Shown piece by piece: positions 25,554-34,916 of a stretch of 56,983 nt of DNA. The notes beneath the pieces are model-generated. The model was not told the DNA's origin. It searched no databases and saw nothing but the letters and a program-made list of their open reading frames with translations. How positions within the stretch are numbered: position 1 is the stretch's first letter; each line of letters starts with the position of its first letter. Where the stretch lies: the NCBI GenBank assembly GCA_018823705.1, contig JAHJHP010000081.1, forward strand, positions 1 through 56,983, given 5' to 3'. Position numbers and translations under genes: made by a program. The DNA is from Candidatus Omnitrophota bacterium. GTDB lineage: Bacteria > Omnitrophota > Gorgyraeia > 2-01-FULL-45-10.

Positions 25554-27362
25554 CTACGCGAGCGGTAAAAATATTCTCACTACAGCGCCTTTCCCCTCCT
25601 CGCTATCGATAACCAATTTGCCTTTATGATTATCTATGATATTCTTCGCCACTACAAGGCCCAGCCCGACCCCTTTTCCGGGCCGCTTCGTGGTAAAGAA
25701 CGGCTCAAAAAGATTGGATAATACTTGCTCCGACATGCCGCTGCCGCTGTCTATAACGCTGATAACCCCGAAACCTTCGGCTTTGCCGGTCTTTATGATG
25801 ACCTTACCGCCCGCGGATGACGCTTCTATGGCATTTTTCACCACATTGAAGATGACCTGATGTATCTGATTCCTGGCGACTTTCATAAGAATTCTATCAG
25901 GGCTTAATTCAACCACTATCTCCGCTTTGGTCGTGGTTGGCTGCAGTTTGAATAACGGCGCGACTTCATTCACCAGGTCATTAAGGTTCGTAATATCCAC
26001 GTTTAATGAGGATGGCCGTACGTATTGCAGTATGTTATCCAGTATCACATTGGCGCTCAAGACCGATTTTTTAATTATGTTAACGTTCTGCTTTATGTCA
26101 TTGTCAGCGTTCGCCAGTTTTGCTTCCAGATACTCCACTCCTCCCAGGATCACGGACAGCGGATTTTTTACCTCATGGGATATACCTACCGAAAAGCGCC
26201 CTAACGCGGCTTCTTTCTCAGACTGCACAAGTTCCCTTTGCGCATTTTTTAGTTTTGCATTACTGTCGGATAATTCAAGGGTCCTGTTCTTCACATCCAG
26301 CTCGATCTTTGCCGTACGGCCCAATAATTCCAGTATATGCGCAAATAGCACGATGCTCAGAGATATCCCAAGTATAAGCACGGCCCATGGCCGAACAGAT
26401 CTGATCTTATAAGCGGCGTAATATTCCGGTGACGGAGTGTAGATCATCTCCCATTCACGGCCGGCAAAATTAATAATTTTTCTCCATATCAGTCCGTCTT
26501 TGGGTTCGATAACGATTTTACTTTTTACGAATGCTTGCTTCTTCAGATTATAAAAAAATATGGTCCCTTCGCTGTCAGGATCGCTCTTATCGACAATATA
26601 CGCGTTAATACCTCTGGGCTGTAACCCTCTCCAGGACATTTCGGCGGTCTTGGCTATGTCAAAAATAAGGGACACAAACCCTTTCAGGGTATCGTCGCTT
26701 TGCCTGGCCTGGCCTGACGAAACGTATGTATCGTAGATAGGTATAAAGATACGGCATGCGAGGTTATCGGAATATCCGCTGACCGTCTTGACCCACGCTG
26801 TCGCCATCGGCCTTCCTCCCGCCCTGGACCTTTCCATCGCCAGCCTGCGAACCGGCTCGGACGCGGCGTCAAAACCAAAGATGGGCTTATTTTCCTCGAA
26901 GGGTTCTACATAATACATGGGAAAATACTCAGACCGCTCCAGACTATTTCTGATAAGGCCTTCCGGATCAAGCTCTGTTATGCAAAAATCCGAAAATCCT
27001 TCTTCTCGAACGGCCTCTTCAAATGACCGGCGGTCTATATTTATGACGCGCGGCAGCCAGCTTATCGACATGATGTCATGCTGCCACGAAAAGATGTACT
27101 CCGTAATCACACGAAATTCGTCGCGCTCAACGTTTTCACCGGCATAATAAAAACCGGCCATTGTCTGAAGAACGTTCAGGTCATCTATGACCGCCTTCTC
27201 AAAAAGTATCGTGCGGTCGCTTGCAAACACGAAAAAGTCATTTTTGGTCATCGCGTTGTCAAGTTTCGAAGCCACGGCAAAACTGAGGACGGACAGCGCC
27301 GCTCCCGCGATAAGCACAAAATACGCTATCGGGTAATTCAGTGAAGATTTATTTATTTTCAT
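25554..27362 (-). CDS. CHASE-domain sensor histidine kinase
   Basis: 602 aa. TM - periplasmic CHASE-like region (YFPMYYVEPFEENKPIFGFD..) - TM - coiled coil - H-box GISHEVKNPL - HATPase (DSGSGM, GVGLGL). Confidence 0.85.
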   Translation of the reverse strand: MKINKSSLNYPIAYFVLIAGAALSVLSFAVASKLDNAMTKNDFFVFASDRTILFEKAVIDDLNVLQTMAGFYYAGENVERDEFRVITEYIFSWQHDIMSISWLPRVINIDRRSFEEAVREEGFSDFCITELDPEGLIRNSLERSEYFPMYYVEPFEENKPIFGFDAASEPVRRLAMERSRAGGRPMATAWVKTVSGYSDNLACRIFIPIYDTYVSSGQARQSDDTLKGFVSLIFDIAKTAEMSWRGLQPRGINAYIVDKSDPDSEGTIFFYNLKKQAFVKSKIVIEPKDGLIWRKIINFAGREWEMIYTPSPEYYAAYKIRSVRPWAVLILGISLSIVLFAHILELLGRTAKIELDVKNRTLELSDSNAKLKNAQRELVQSEKEAALGRFSVGISHEVKNPLSVILGGVEYLEAKLANADNDIKQNVNIIKKSVLSANVILDNILQYVRPSSLNVDITNLNDLVNEVAPLFKLQPTTTKAEIVVELSPDRILMKVARNQIHQVIFNVVKNAIEASSAGGKVIIKTGKAEGFGVISVIDSGSGMSEQVLSNLFEPFFTTKRPGKGVGLGLVVAKNIIDNHKGKLVIDSEEGKGAVVRIFLPLA

Positions 27363-27392
27363 AACGCTGCTTTCCTGTTATTCAAATACCGC

Positions 27393-28841
27393 TTAATCTT
27401 TAAAAAGAAAATTCCTGAAGCTCCACGGATTCTTCTTGTCGAGATATGAGTCCGGATTTTCTTTGAAAAAGATCTGATAGTTCTTAAATGGCGTCCAATC
27501 GGAAGGCTCGGATACGAATTTGCCGAGGTAGGGCCCTGCCTTACTCAACACATAATCGTACGGCAGGTCGTCCGCAAGACATACCCCTTTACGCGGATTC
27601 TCTATCGCCCACATAACCGCGGATATGACGCCGGCGGCCACCTGCACCGTCGTGGCGTTTTGATGAGGCACACACTTCCTCGACTCCTCGATGCTTAATA
27701 TGCTTCCGGTCCACCAGGAATTATACTTATGCCCCATTATGAGCGATCCCAGAATATCTTCGCCTTTTACGATCTCATCGCACATTATTCTCTGCTTAGC
27801 CTGCAGCTCGTAATTCCTTGTCCTGAGCTCATGCAAAGAGGAGAGAGTGTCGTCGGATGGCAGATACGCGTAATGCACGGTCGGGCGATAGACCGCTTTA
27901 CCGTTCTTCCATACGGTCAGATTGTCTGAAATGGAGAATGCCTCGCCGTGACGGATCACCATGCCCACTGTTTCGCAATACGGCACCCATGAGCGCACCC
28001 ACGTATTCATTCCCATCTGGGAAAAGAAGATCTGATTCTTCGGGCCATATGACGGCGCGTCGAACAATATCGGAGGATTGCCTTCATGAGTGCCCCATCC
28101 CAATTCAGCCGGCGCGGTTCCTTCCTCCCGCAGCCCTTCAATGCTCCAGGTACCGACAAATTCATTTATCTCTTTATGTTTATTGGAGATTTGCGTATCT
28201 TTTTCGCTGCAATGTATGACTTTTACTTCTAATTCCATAGCCATATTGGCGAAATTTTTTTCATGCAAAAGGCGTTTCAGCGATCTCGCGCTCCTCGCGG
28301 ATGTGGTCCTATCGCCCATGACCTTTTCAGCTATATCGACAAGGCCTTTTTTTGTAAAGTGCGAAATGAGGCCCGGATTGGCCCCGTGATCCAATACCGC
28401 CGTTATCGATTCGTTGTTCCACATAGAAACCATATCGCGTATTTCCATCTGTTTATAATACAGGGACTTTTCGAAAGTGCTCTTTGCGTGGATCGCGGCA
28501 TAAGGGTCCCACTCCTCGACGGAAGTATTAACGTACAGGACTTTATTGGTATGGCACCATGTGAGCAGTTCGAGGCAGTCGATATTCCATGAAAGGTCTA
28601 TTAACAACCCTCCCGGATTTAAATATTTGGAAAGTATTTTTGTAAGGTTTATGGGGGTGATCTTTTCCTGGTAATATCTTATGCCTTTTTTTGTCCAGGG
28701 CCTAAGGGCGGATTTCTTATCCGCAAAATCGATGATAGTGACATTACTAAAGGGAACCTTTATATTCTCTAAAAAGATCGGCAAAAAACATTTACCTACC
28801 GCGCCATACCCGATGATCATAACTTTATTCTTGAAATCCAT
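27393..28841 (-). CDS. hss: Homospermidine synthase (saccharopine-dehydrogenase-like fold)
   Basis: 482 aa. N-terminal Rossmann IIGYGAVGK and DHGANPGLISHF block, as remembered for bacterial HSS. Length fits. Confidence 0.65.
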   Translation of the reverse strand: MDFKNKVMIIGYGAVGKCFLPIFLENIKVPFSNVTIIDFADKKSALRPWTKKGIRYYQEKITPINLTKILSKYLNPGGLLIDLSWNIDCLELLTWCHTNKVLYVNTSVEEWDPYAAIHAKSTFEKSLYYKQMEIRDMVSMWNNESITAVLDHGANPGLISHFTKKGLVDIAEKVMGDRTTSARSARSLKRLLHEKNFANMAMELEVKVIHCSEKDTQISNKHKEINEFVGTWSIEGLREEGTAPAELGWGTHEGNPPILFDAPSYGPKNQIFFSQMGMNTWVRSWVPYCETVGMVIRHGEAFSISDNLTVWKNGKAVYRPTVHYAYLPSDDTLSSLHELRTRNYELQAKQRIMCDEIVKGEDILGSLIMGHKYNSWWTGSILSIEESRKCVPHQNATTVQVAAGVISAVMWAIENPRKGVCLADDLPYDYVLSKAGPYLGKFVSEPSDWTPFKNYQIFFKENPDSYLDKKNPWSFRNFLFKD

Positions 28842-28885
28842 AGGCGATCTCCTTATTCGATCCGGTAAACAATATCTACTCTATC

Positions 28886-28914
28886 ATTATAATGTCGGGA
28901 CAATGCTTAATCAA
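28886..28914 (-). promoter_or_regulatory. Sigma-70 promoter TTGATT-17-TATAAT upstream of hss
   Basis: Minus strand -35 at 28909-28914 and -10 at 28886-28891, with an exact 17-nt spacer. Confidence 0.5.
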
Positions 28915-28953
28915 CCGCTTTTTTTTGACAGCATGGGAATGGGAAGATATCCT

Positions 28954-29805
28954 CTAATTCAATCGCACTCTGATCATCCTGAATAACGCCGTCAGACAAT
29001 AAAATAGGGCCGCAAAGAGCACGATCGTCGCGCCCGACGCCGTCCCCCAATAATAAGAGGCTACCAGCCCCGCTACTCCGGATAATAGACTGATTATGAC
29101 CGCCCATATCGTGTAGCTTTGTAAGTCACGTGAGATATTCCGGGATGCCGCCGCGGGCAATATCAACAGGGAATTTATTATCAGGACTCCTACCAGGCGT
29201 ATTGATAAAATTACAACTACCGCTGTGAGAACGGCAAAACTAATCTCGATCAGGAGCACGTTAATTCCGCGGCTGGCAGCGAGTGAAGAATTCACGCTTA
29301 CAAGCGTAAGCCTGTTCGCGAAAATAATCCAGTAAAGAAAGACGCACAAAGCTATCGTGGCCAGCACAAAGATCTGGTTCGGCGTGACAGATAGTATATC
29401 GCCTATCAAATAAGCAGTATAACGCGCAAAGCCTCCCCCGCGGCTCAATAGGACTACACCGAGAGACACCACTATAGCAAAAAATACGCCAAGCACCGTA
29501 TCGGATGCGGCATTGGTCGCGGCCTTAAAGCACGTAACAGCGATCGCTATGAATACCGCGAGGGCTATCATGGGCAAAGTGGGGTCATTGAATCCCAGGA
29601 TGACCCCTATGGCGACGCCGGTAAGAGCGGAATGGCCTAATACATCTGAAAAGAAAGCCATGTGCTTATTGATGACCATCGTTCCGATGATGGCAAAGAC
29701 CGGCGTGACGAGCACGACCGCCAATAGAGCGTTCTTCATGAAGTCATATTTAACCCAGGCAAACGGCAGTATCGACTCTATTATCTTATGCAGGATCTCG
29801 ATCAC
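28954..29805 (-). CDS. Metal (Zn/Mn-type) ABC transporter permease
   Basis: Start taken at a GTG overlapping the ATPase stop (TAGTG); the track start at 29874 would overlap the ATPase gene by 70 nt. ZnuB/TroCD-like polytopic protein. Confidence 0.8.
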   Translation of the reverse strand: MIEILHKIIESILPFAWVKYDFMKNALLAVVLVTPVFAIIGTMVINKHMAFFSDVLGHSALTGVAIGVILGFNDPTLPMIALAVFIAIAVTCFKAATNAASDTVLGVFFAIVVSLGVVLLSRGGGFARYTAYLIGDILSVTPNQIFVLATIALCVFLYWIIFANRLTLVSVNSSLAASRGINVLLIEISFAVLTAVVVILSIRLVGVLIINSLLILPAAASRNISRDLQSYTIWAVIISLLSGVAGLVASYYWGTASGATIVLFAALFYCLTALFRMIRVRLN

Positions 29806-30599
29806 TATTGCTCTCTCCCTTTGCCGTCGGCAGACAAATCGTCCATGAATTCCGGTAATTTCGAAATATTCCAAAGGCTGGGGCCAAGCTCCTTAACAAG
29901 CCTGTCGTCGGAAAGAACTTCCTTCGGCCTTCCGCTTGCTATGATTGAATTATTGAGCAGGACCATCCGGTCCGCGTGAGGCGCCACGCCTATCAGGTCA
30001 TGGGTAACCAGCAGGATAGTAACGTCTTTAGCTCTTCTTAAGGAACTCGCAAGCTCATAAAAGAGCGAGAGGCCTTTTGCATCCACCCCCGACATCGGTT
30101 CATCCAATAGGAGAAGATCGGGCTCCGGAGTCATCGCCATAGCCAGGAGCACTCTTTGTAATTCACCTCCGGAAAGCTCGCCTATCCTCTTATCCGACAG
30201 GCGCTCGGCAGAAACACCCGCTAAAGACGCTCTGATCCTTTCCTTTAAAGACATCTTGATCCCCATACAGACAGGCGCATCGCTGATCGCGGACCCAATA
30301 AGATCCGATACGCTTATCGGCGAATCGATATCGTAATTTAATTTCTGGGGGACATACCCGATACGGGGATGGCCGTCGGGTTTGCCCTTTACTTGAAATT
30401 TTATACTGCCTTTATAGGGAATCTCTCCCAGTATGGCGCGCAGCAGCGTGGTCTTCCCCGCTCCATTGGGTCCGACGACAGCTATAAGCTCACCGCAATT
30501 AACGTGGAGGTCTACATTTTTTAAGATAACGGCGGAACCGAAGTTTACTCCCAGGCCTTCGATCCTTGTGCAGCAATGCTCGCATTTTTCGGCCATCAC
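29805..30599 (-). CDS. Metal ABC transporter ATP-binding protein
   Basis: Walker A GPNGAGKTT, signature LSGGELQR, Walker B LLLLDEP. Confidence 0.9.
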   Translation of the reverse strand: MMAEKCEHCCTRIEGLGVNFGSAVILKNVDLHVNCGELIAVVGPNGAGKTTLLRAILGEIPYKGSIKFQVKGKPDGHPRIGYVPQKLNYDIDSPISVSDLIGSAISDAPVCMGIKMSLKERIRASLAGVSAERLSDKRIGELSGGELQRVLLAMAMTPEPDLLLLDEPMSGVDAKGLSLFYELASSLRRAKDVTILLVTHDLIGVAPHADRMVLLNNSIIASGRPKEVLSDDRLVKELGPSLWNISKLPEFMDDLSADGKGREQ

Positions 30600-31465
30600 A
30601 ACGCCCTCTTAAGGACCGACAGATTAGTTTCCATGATCTTCAGATAAGCATCCGGATCATCCGGGCCGGTTACTGCCGGATCCAATACGTAAACGACGGC
30701 GCCGGTCTCCTTAGCAATGGTATTCGCCGCGATTGCCGGATACTGCGGTTCACTGAATAGAGATTTTATACCGCTCTTCTTGATCAAATCGATCGTTTCG
30801 GCCAATTCTTTGGCGCTCGGCTCGCTTCCGGGCTCCCTCTCCACTACCGCGGCTATCTCCAGATCGAATTCCCGCGTAAAATAGGAAAATGCCTCATGAA
30901 AAGTGACTATTTTGGCGCCTTTGAACGGAGCAAGCTCTGATCTCATGCGGGATCTTAGGTTATCCAGCTTTGCCGTATAGGCGTCCGTATTCACGCGGTA
31001 TAAATTCTTATGCGCAGGGTCAAACGTCGCCATAGCCCTGCCGAGGTTCCTGACCTGGCTGATAGCGTTGGTAATGCTTACCCAGAGGTGCCCATTCGCG
31101 GGCTTTTCACCCTTTCCTGCTATGAGTTGTATGCCGTCGGACAGGGTCGCGATCTTCATCGCCGGATATCGCCGGGCAACCTTATCTATAAATGGCTCCA
31201 TGCCGGCGCCGCAGGCTATAAAGATGTCCGCATCTGAGAGCTTCTTCATGTCATTAGTTGTGATCGAATAATCATGCAAACATCCGCCGGTGGAAGGCGT
31301 CAGGTTTGTTACGGTTACTCCGGGGACATCCTTACAGACGTTGATCGCCATGATATAGGCGGGATAGAACGACGTCAGCACATTTATATTTTTTATTTCC
31401 GAAGCGCATATCTCACCCGGCCACATGATAAGAAGCGCGCAGATAATGCCTATCGATCTTCCCAT
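30596..31465 (-). CDS. Periplasmic metal-binding protein (TroA/ZnuA cluster-9 SBP)
   Basis: 289 aa with a signal peptide and metal-ligand His/Asp context (CLHDY, GHLW, TFHEAFSYF). Zn versus Mn cannot be decided. Confidence 0.8.
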   Translation of the reverse strand: MGRSIGIICALLIMWPGEICASEIKNINVLTSFYPAYIMAINVCKDVPGVTVTNLTPSTGGCLHDYSITTNDMKKLSDADIFIACGAGMEPFIDKVARRYPAMKIATLSDGIQLIAGKGEKPANGHLWVSITNAISQVRNLGRAMATFDPAHKNLYRVNTDAYTAKLDNLRSRMRSELAPFKGAKIVTFHEAFSYFTREFDLEIAAVVEREPGSEPSAKELAETIDLIKKSGIKSLFSEPQYPAIAANTIAKETGAVVYVLDPAVTGPDDPDAYLKIMETNLSVLKRAL

Positions 31466-31486
31466 TTTAACCTCATGTCAGCGCGC

Positions 31487-32686
31487 TTAATGCCCGCCAA
31501 AATCCGGAGGCTCCTTATGCCACTTATAGCCCTTTACCGCGTCCTCGTATCCCCTATTGAAAAGCGCTCTCATATTGCGAGGATCGAAATCTTCTTTCTT
31601 CGACGGCCTGAAATCTCCCGGGATGAAGGCGAGATTATAGCTGTCTCCCCCCTTCCGCACTAATGCGTATATCCTGTAGGCATCATCGATGCCCTGATAA
31701 TTTATCATCGTATCGAACGTCCGCCTGGCTATCGACGGCAGGTTATCCTTTACCGCTTTGTATGCCGGATCCATGTAGCCGTTACGTATAATGTAGTAGT
31801 CACCCCTTATCTTCAAAGGATCGATGCCGACTTCTTTTGCCGCGGCATCGGACGCCTCGAGAAGCTTATACATCGTGAACATCTGCGTTATGGCGCCTCC
31901 GTCGACGTGCATCTCATCGTAAGACTTGCCGCCGGCTACGACGTGAATATAAACGGGTGGGAATATTATCGGGATAGCGGCCGACGCCAGCATCACTTCC
32001 CGGAAGAGTTTAAGGTTCCCCTTTACGGCTATGACTCCCATGTCCCATATAGCGAATCTCTGCGCGTCAAGATAAGATGTCCCGATAAAAAGTCGGCGTC
32101 CCCGATTATGCTCCACCGCCACTTTCTCCAGCATCTCTTTCGTTAAATATTTTTCGATCAGTTTCTTAAGCGGCCTGCTGGTATCGAGCGAATCCCCAAA
32201 TAGAACCATTAAAGGGCTTTTTGCCCCCATGACATCCCTTGTCGATATCGTCGTGTATAGCTCCTCTATCATGCCGTCGTATTCTTTACCGAGAAATGCC
32301 ATTGGCGCCGCAATGGCTCCCGTAGATACGCCTGTCACGATCTTAAAGTTCGGCCGCGAACCTTCTTCCGACCATCCCTTCAATAGCCCGGCACCGTACG
32401 CTCCGTCGGCGGCGCCGCCTGAAATGGCAAGCATGGGATAGACCTTATGCCCGTTTGAATCGGACCTATAGTCTCCCGGCTCATCTTTAAGTAAGGCTCG
32501 CATTACACTCTTCTGAAAATCCGGATTCGGTATCCCGACTATGGTGCGCACATCGGACATACAATCTACACTGGCTTTACCGACGAGATCCATGGGCAGA
32601 GGATGTCTTATGGTAGCGCATCCGCAGAGGATACTGCCGGCCAATATCGCGCATAAGATAAGGCTTGCCCATCTTACATGTTTCAT
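31487..32686 (-). CDS. Patatin-like phospholipase, lipoprotein
   Basis: Lipobox ILCGC, oxyanion GGGAADGAYGAG, nucleophile GVSTGA, catalytic DGG. Only 21 nt upstream of the SBP gene. Confidence 0.85.
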   Translation of the reverse strand: MKHVRWASLILCAILAGSILCGCATIRHPLPMDLVGKASVDCMSDVRTIVGIPNPDFQKSVMRALLKDEPGDYRSDSNGHKVYPMLAISGGAADGAYGAGLLKGWSEEGSRPNFKIVTGVSTGAIAAPMAFLGKEYDGMIEELYTTISTRDVMGAKSPLMVLFGDSLDTSRPLKKLIEKYLTKEMLEKVAVEHNRGRRLFIGTSYLDAQRFAIWDMGVIAVKGNLKLFREVMLASAAIPIIFPPVYIHVVAGGKSYDEMHVDGGAITQMFTMYKLLEASDAAAKEVGIDPLKIRGDYYIIRNGYMDPAYKAVKDNLPSIARRTFDTMINYQGIDDAYRIYALVRKGGDSYNLAFIPGDFRPSKKEDFDPRNMRALFNRGYEDAVKGYKWHKEPPDFGGH

Positions 32687-32712
32687 CTTACATCCTTGTT
32701 ATATGTGCGGAC

Positions 32713-32862
32713 TTACTTAAACACGACCAGTAAAATCGTCGTAACCAATATTACCGTCAAACCGTAAAGCGCCCACTTTATCCTCGATAACTGCCTATCC
32801 GCGTGCGCCGTCCACTCGCGCATCTCCTTCAATGTATGCAGTATATGCTCTTCCTGGCTCAT
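32713..32862 (-). CDS. 49-aa single-TM mini-protein
   Basis: ATG overlaps the upstream stop (ATGA). MSQEEHILHTLKEMREWTAHADRQLSRIKWALYGLTVILVTTILLVVFK is an amphipathic head plus a C-terminal TM helix. Not in the ORF track. Confidence 0.5.
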   Translation of the reverse strand: MSQEEHILHTLKEMREWTAHADRQLSRIKWALYGLTVILVTTILLVVFK

Positions 32863-33707
32863 AGCGCAGCCTCCTTTTTATTCGGGGATCCGGGATTATT
32901 TTCTATAGCGTCGATATAGGTATTAAGCCGGTTTCTCCATCCGCGCGTCCATCTCTGCTCGTTTCTTTCCGGCGGAGAGTTTCTGACGCGTTCCGCTAAA
33001 GTTTCCTTAGCGGCCTGAACAAATTCTCGAATTGCCCGCGGGCCATCTTCGGTTCCGTTCATTCGTTCCAATACCTGAAGCAACCCCCATCCTTTCCCTT
33101 TATAGCGCTCTGTGGCCAATACGCCTTCGCCGCTAAAATTCACATAATCTACCAGCGCATACACTCCGGCCGGGGTAGACGCCATACGGTAAAACTGGTA
33201 CTCTATGCGGAAACGCGCTTCTTCCGGCGCCGTTTTCAATATTTTTGGCAATGCGTTTTTTAACCGGTTAGCGATGAATATTAACTGTAAGTCCCTGGTC
33301 TCCATCAAAAAAGTCCGTAATTCCCGGACTTTTGGGCTTTGAAGATCCCGTAATAACTCGTCTTTGGATTGCCAGGGGCATCGCGATGTTTCCGGATCCC
33401 GCAGCCAGTCAGGCAACTCTCTCCGATTTTCTTTAATAAACTCCAATAAATCGGGAAAGCTTTCATCGAAAGGGCCTATTTTATTATCCGGGTACCATAT
33501 AAAGTGCCCTATGCCGAGCGATATAAAGTCCTCCCCGTCATTCCAGGAGATAAGATATTCATTCTTTCCGCCGCATTCGTTATGGAATATCTTATTTCCT
33601 ATCCACCCGGCATCAGCATCCGATATGACTATCTGCTGTGTTCCAATAGCGGCTGACACGGATGTATATCCGAAAATCAGCGCCGCAACGACCACTGCTT
33701 TCATCAA
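32859..33707 (-). CDS. Secreted protein of unknown function
   Basis: 282 aa with a signal peptide. Block IFHNECGGKNEYLISWNDGEDFISLGIGHFIWYP. ATGA overlap with treT. Family not recognised. Confidence 0.65.
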   Translation of the reverse strand: MMKAVVVAALIFGYTSVSAAIGTQQIVISDADAGWIGNKIFHNECGGKNEYLISWNDGEDFISLGIGHFIWYPDNKIGPFDESFPDLLEFIKENRRELPDWLRDPETSRCPWQSKDELLRDLQSPKVRELRTFLMETRDLQLIFIANRLKNALPKILKTAPEEARFRIEYQFYRMASTPAGVYALVDYVNFSGEGVLATERYKGKGWGLLQVLERMNGTEDGPRAIREFVQAAKETLAERVRNSPPERNEQRWTRGWRNRLNTYIDAIENNPGSPNKKEAAL

Positions 33708-34915
33708 AGGTATACGATATCCTCTCCGTGATACAATGAAAGAAAAAGCAGCATATAGTCTCTGATATGGCGCGTGAGCAAGAAATTATTGCGTATATGC
33801 TCTTTGCCGTTCTCGCCCAGTTTCCTGGCATATTGCGGACTGTTCAACAGCTGTTTTATCGCATAGGCCGCCCCGTCTACCGAATAACATAGCATGCCGG
33901 AGTATTTATTCTTTATCTGGAGTGGTATGCCTCCGACATTGGACGCAACGACCGGCTTTCCTTTCCATAAGGCCTCCGCGACGGTCAGTCCAAATCCTTC
34001 CTTGAGCGACTTCTGAATAATTACCGTAGAACCCCGTTGCAGCGCATTTACTTCTATGTCATTTTGAGGTAAGAGCAGGATGTGTATATCCGCGTCAGCC
34101 TTACTCTTCTCCCTGACCTCATCCAGGACGGCCATACCTTCCGGATCATCGGTAGCGGTGCCGCCTGCCAGAATAAGCCTGCAATCGACATACTTCTTTA
34201 CTTTCTTATACGCCTCTATCACGCCTATCGGGTCCTTCAACCTATCAAAGCGGGAGATTTGCGTTATTATAGGCTTGTCTTTGGGGATCTTGTACTTTTC
34301 CATTACTGAGTCTATGGCTTGCTGGGGGATCTCTTTATTTTTATCACTCAATGGATCGATAGATGGCGCTATAAGAAACTGCCTTATCGGCAATTCCTGC
34401 GTAAAGCTCGGGGCAGAAAATACGGCGGAATCGTATTTTACCACAAAGTCTCTTAAAAACTTCCAGACTTTCTGATCCGGGTTTGAAACATCGATATGAC
34501 AACGCCAGACCCATTTATTACCGCTTCTCTTATTGACCAACATCACCGGCTGAGGATCGTGCACAAACACTATGTCTCCATAAGTATTCAATTCTGCGGC
34601 GTTCCGCTGGCTTGTTTCGGTAAAGATATCAAAATCCCGGCGGTCTATATCTTCATGCTTCCCATGAAGCGCGTTATGGAATTTTTTGGTGACTTCAAAG
34701 AACTGCTCGCCGCCTTTGATCACATCCCACCTGGCGTCAACTTCGAGCTCTTTTAATAAAGGGATCATACGATTGAGTATCTCCGCTACGCCGCCGCCAA
34801 CGGCGGTGGAGTTTATATTCTGTATGACCTTGCCCTGCAATTTTTGTCCAAGCAATTTGAGCTCATCTATTACGGGCTTGCCCACGATAGGGATATATTC
34901 TTCCAGTTTTGCCAT
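33704..34915 (-). CDS. treT: Trehalose glycosyltransferring synthase TreT (GT4)
   Basis: Collinear with remembered archaeal TreT: NSTAVGGGVAEIL, FHNALHG, VHDPQP, WRCHID, PSIDPLSDKN, PIITQISRFD, DDPEG, EGFGLTVAEALWKGKPV. Start taken at MAKLEEY (TGAtATG coupling); the alternative ATG at 34939 overlaps the upstream gene. Confidence 0.85.
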   Translation of the reverse strand: MAKLEEYIPIVGKPVIDELKLLGQKLQGKVIQNINSTAVGGGVAEILNRMIPLLKELEVDARWDVIKGGEQFFEVTKKFHNALHGKHEDIDRRDFDIFTETSQRNAAELNTYGDIVFVHDPQPVMLVNKRSGNKWVWRCHIDVSNPDQKVWKFLRDFVVKYDSAVFSAPSFTQELPIRQFLIAPSIDPLSDKNKEIPQQAIDSVMEKYKIPKDKPIITQISRFDRLKDPIGVIEAYKKVKKYVDCRLILAGGTATDDPEGMAVLDEVREKSKADADIHILLLPQNDIEVNALQRGSTVIIQKSLKEGFGLTVAEALWKGKPVVASNVGGIPLQIKNKYSGMLCYSVDGAAYAIKQLLNSPQYARKLGENGKEHIRNNFLLTRHIRDYMLLFLSLYHGEDIVYL

Positions 34916-34916
34916 A

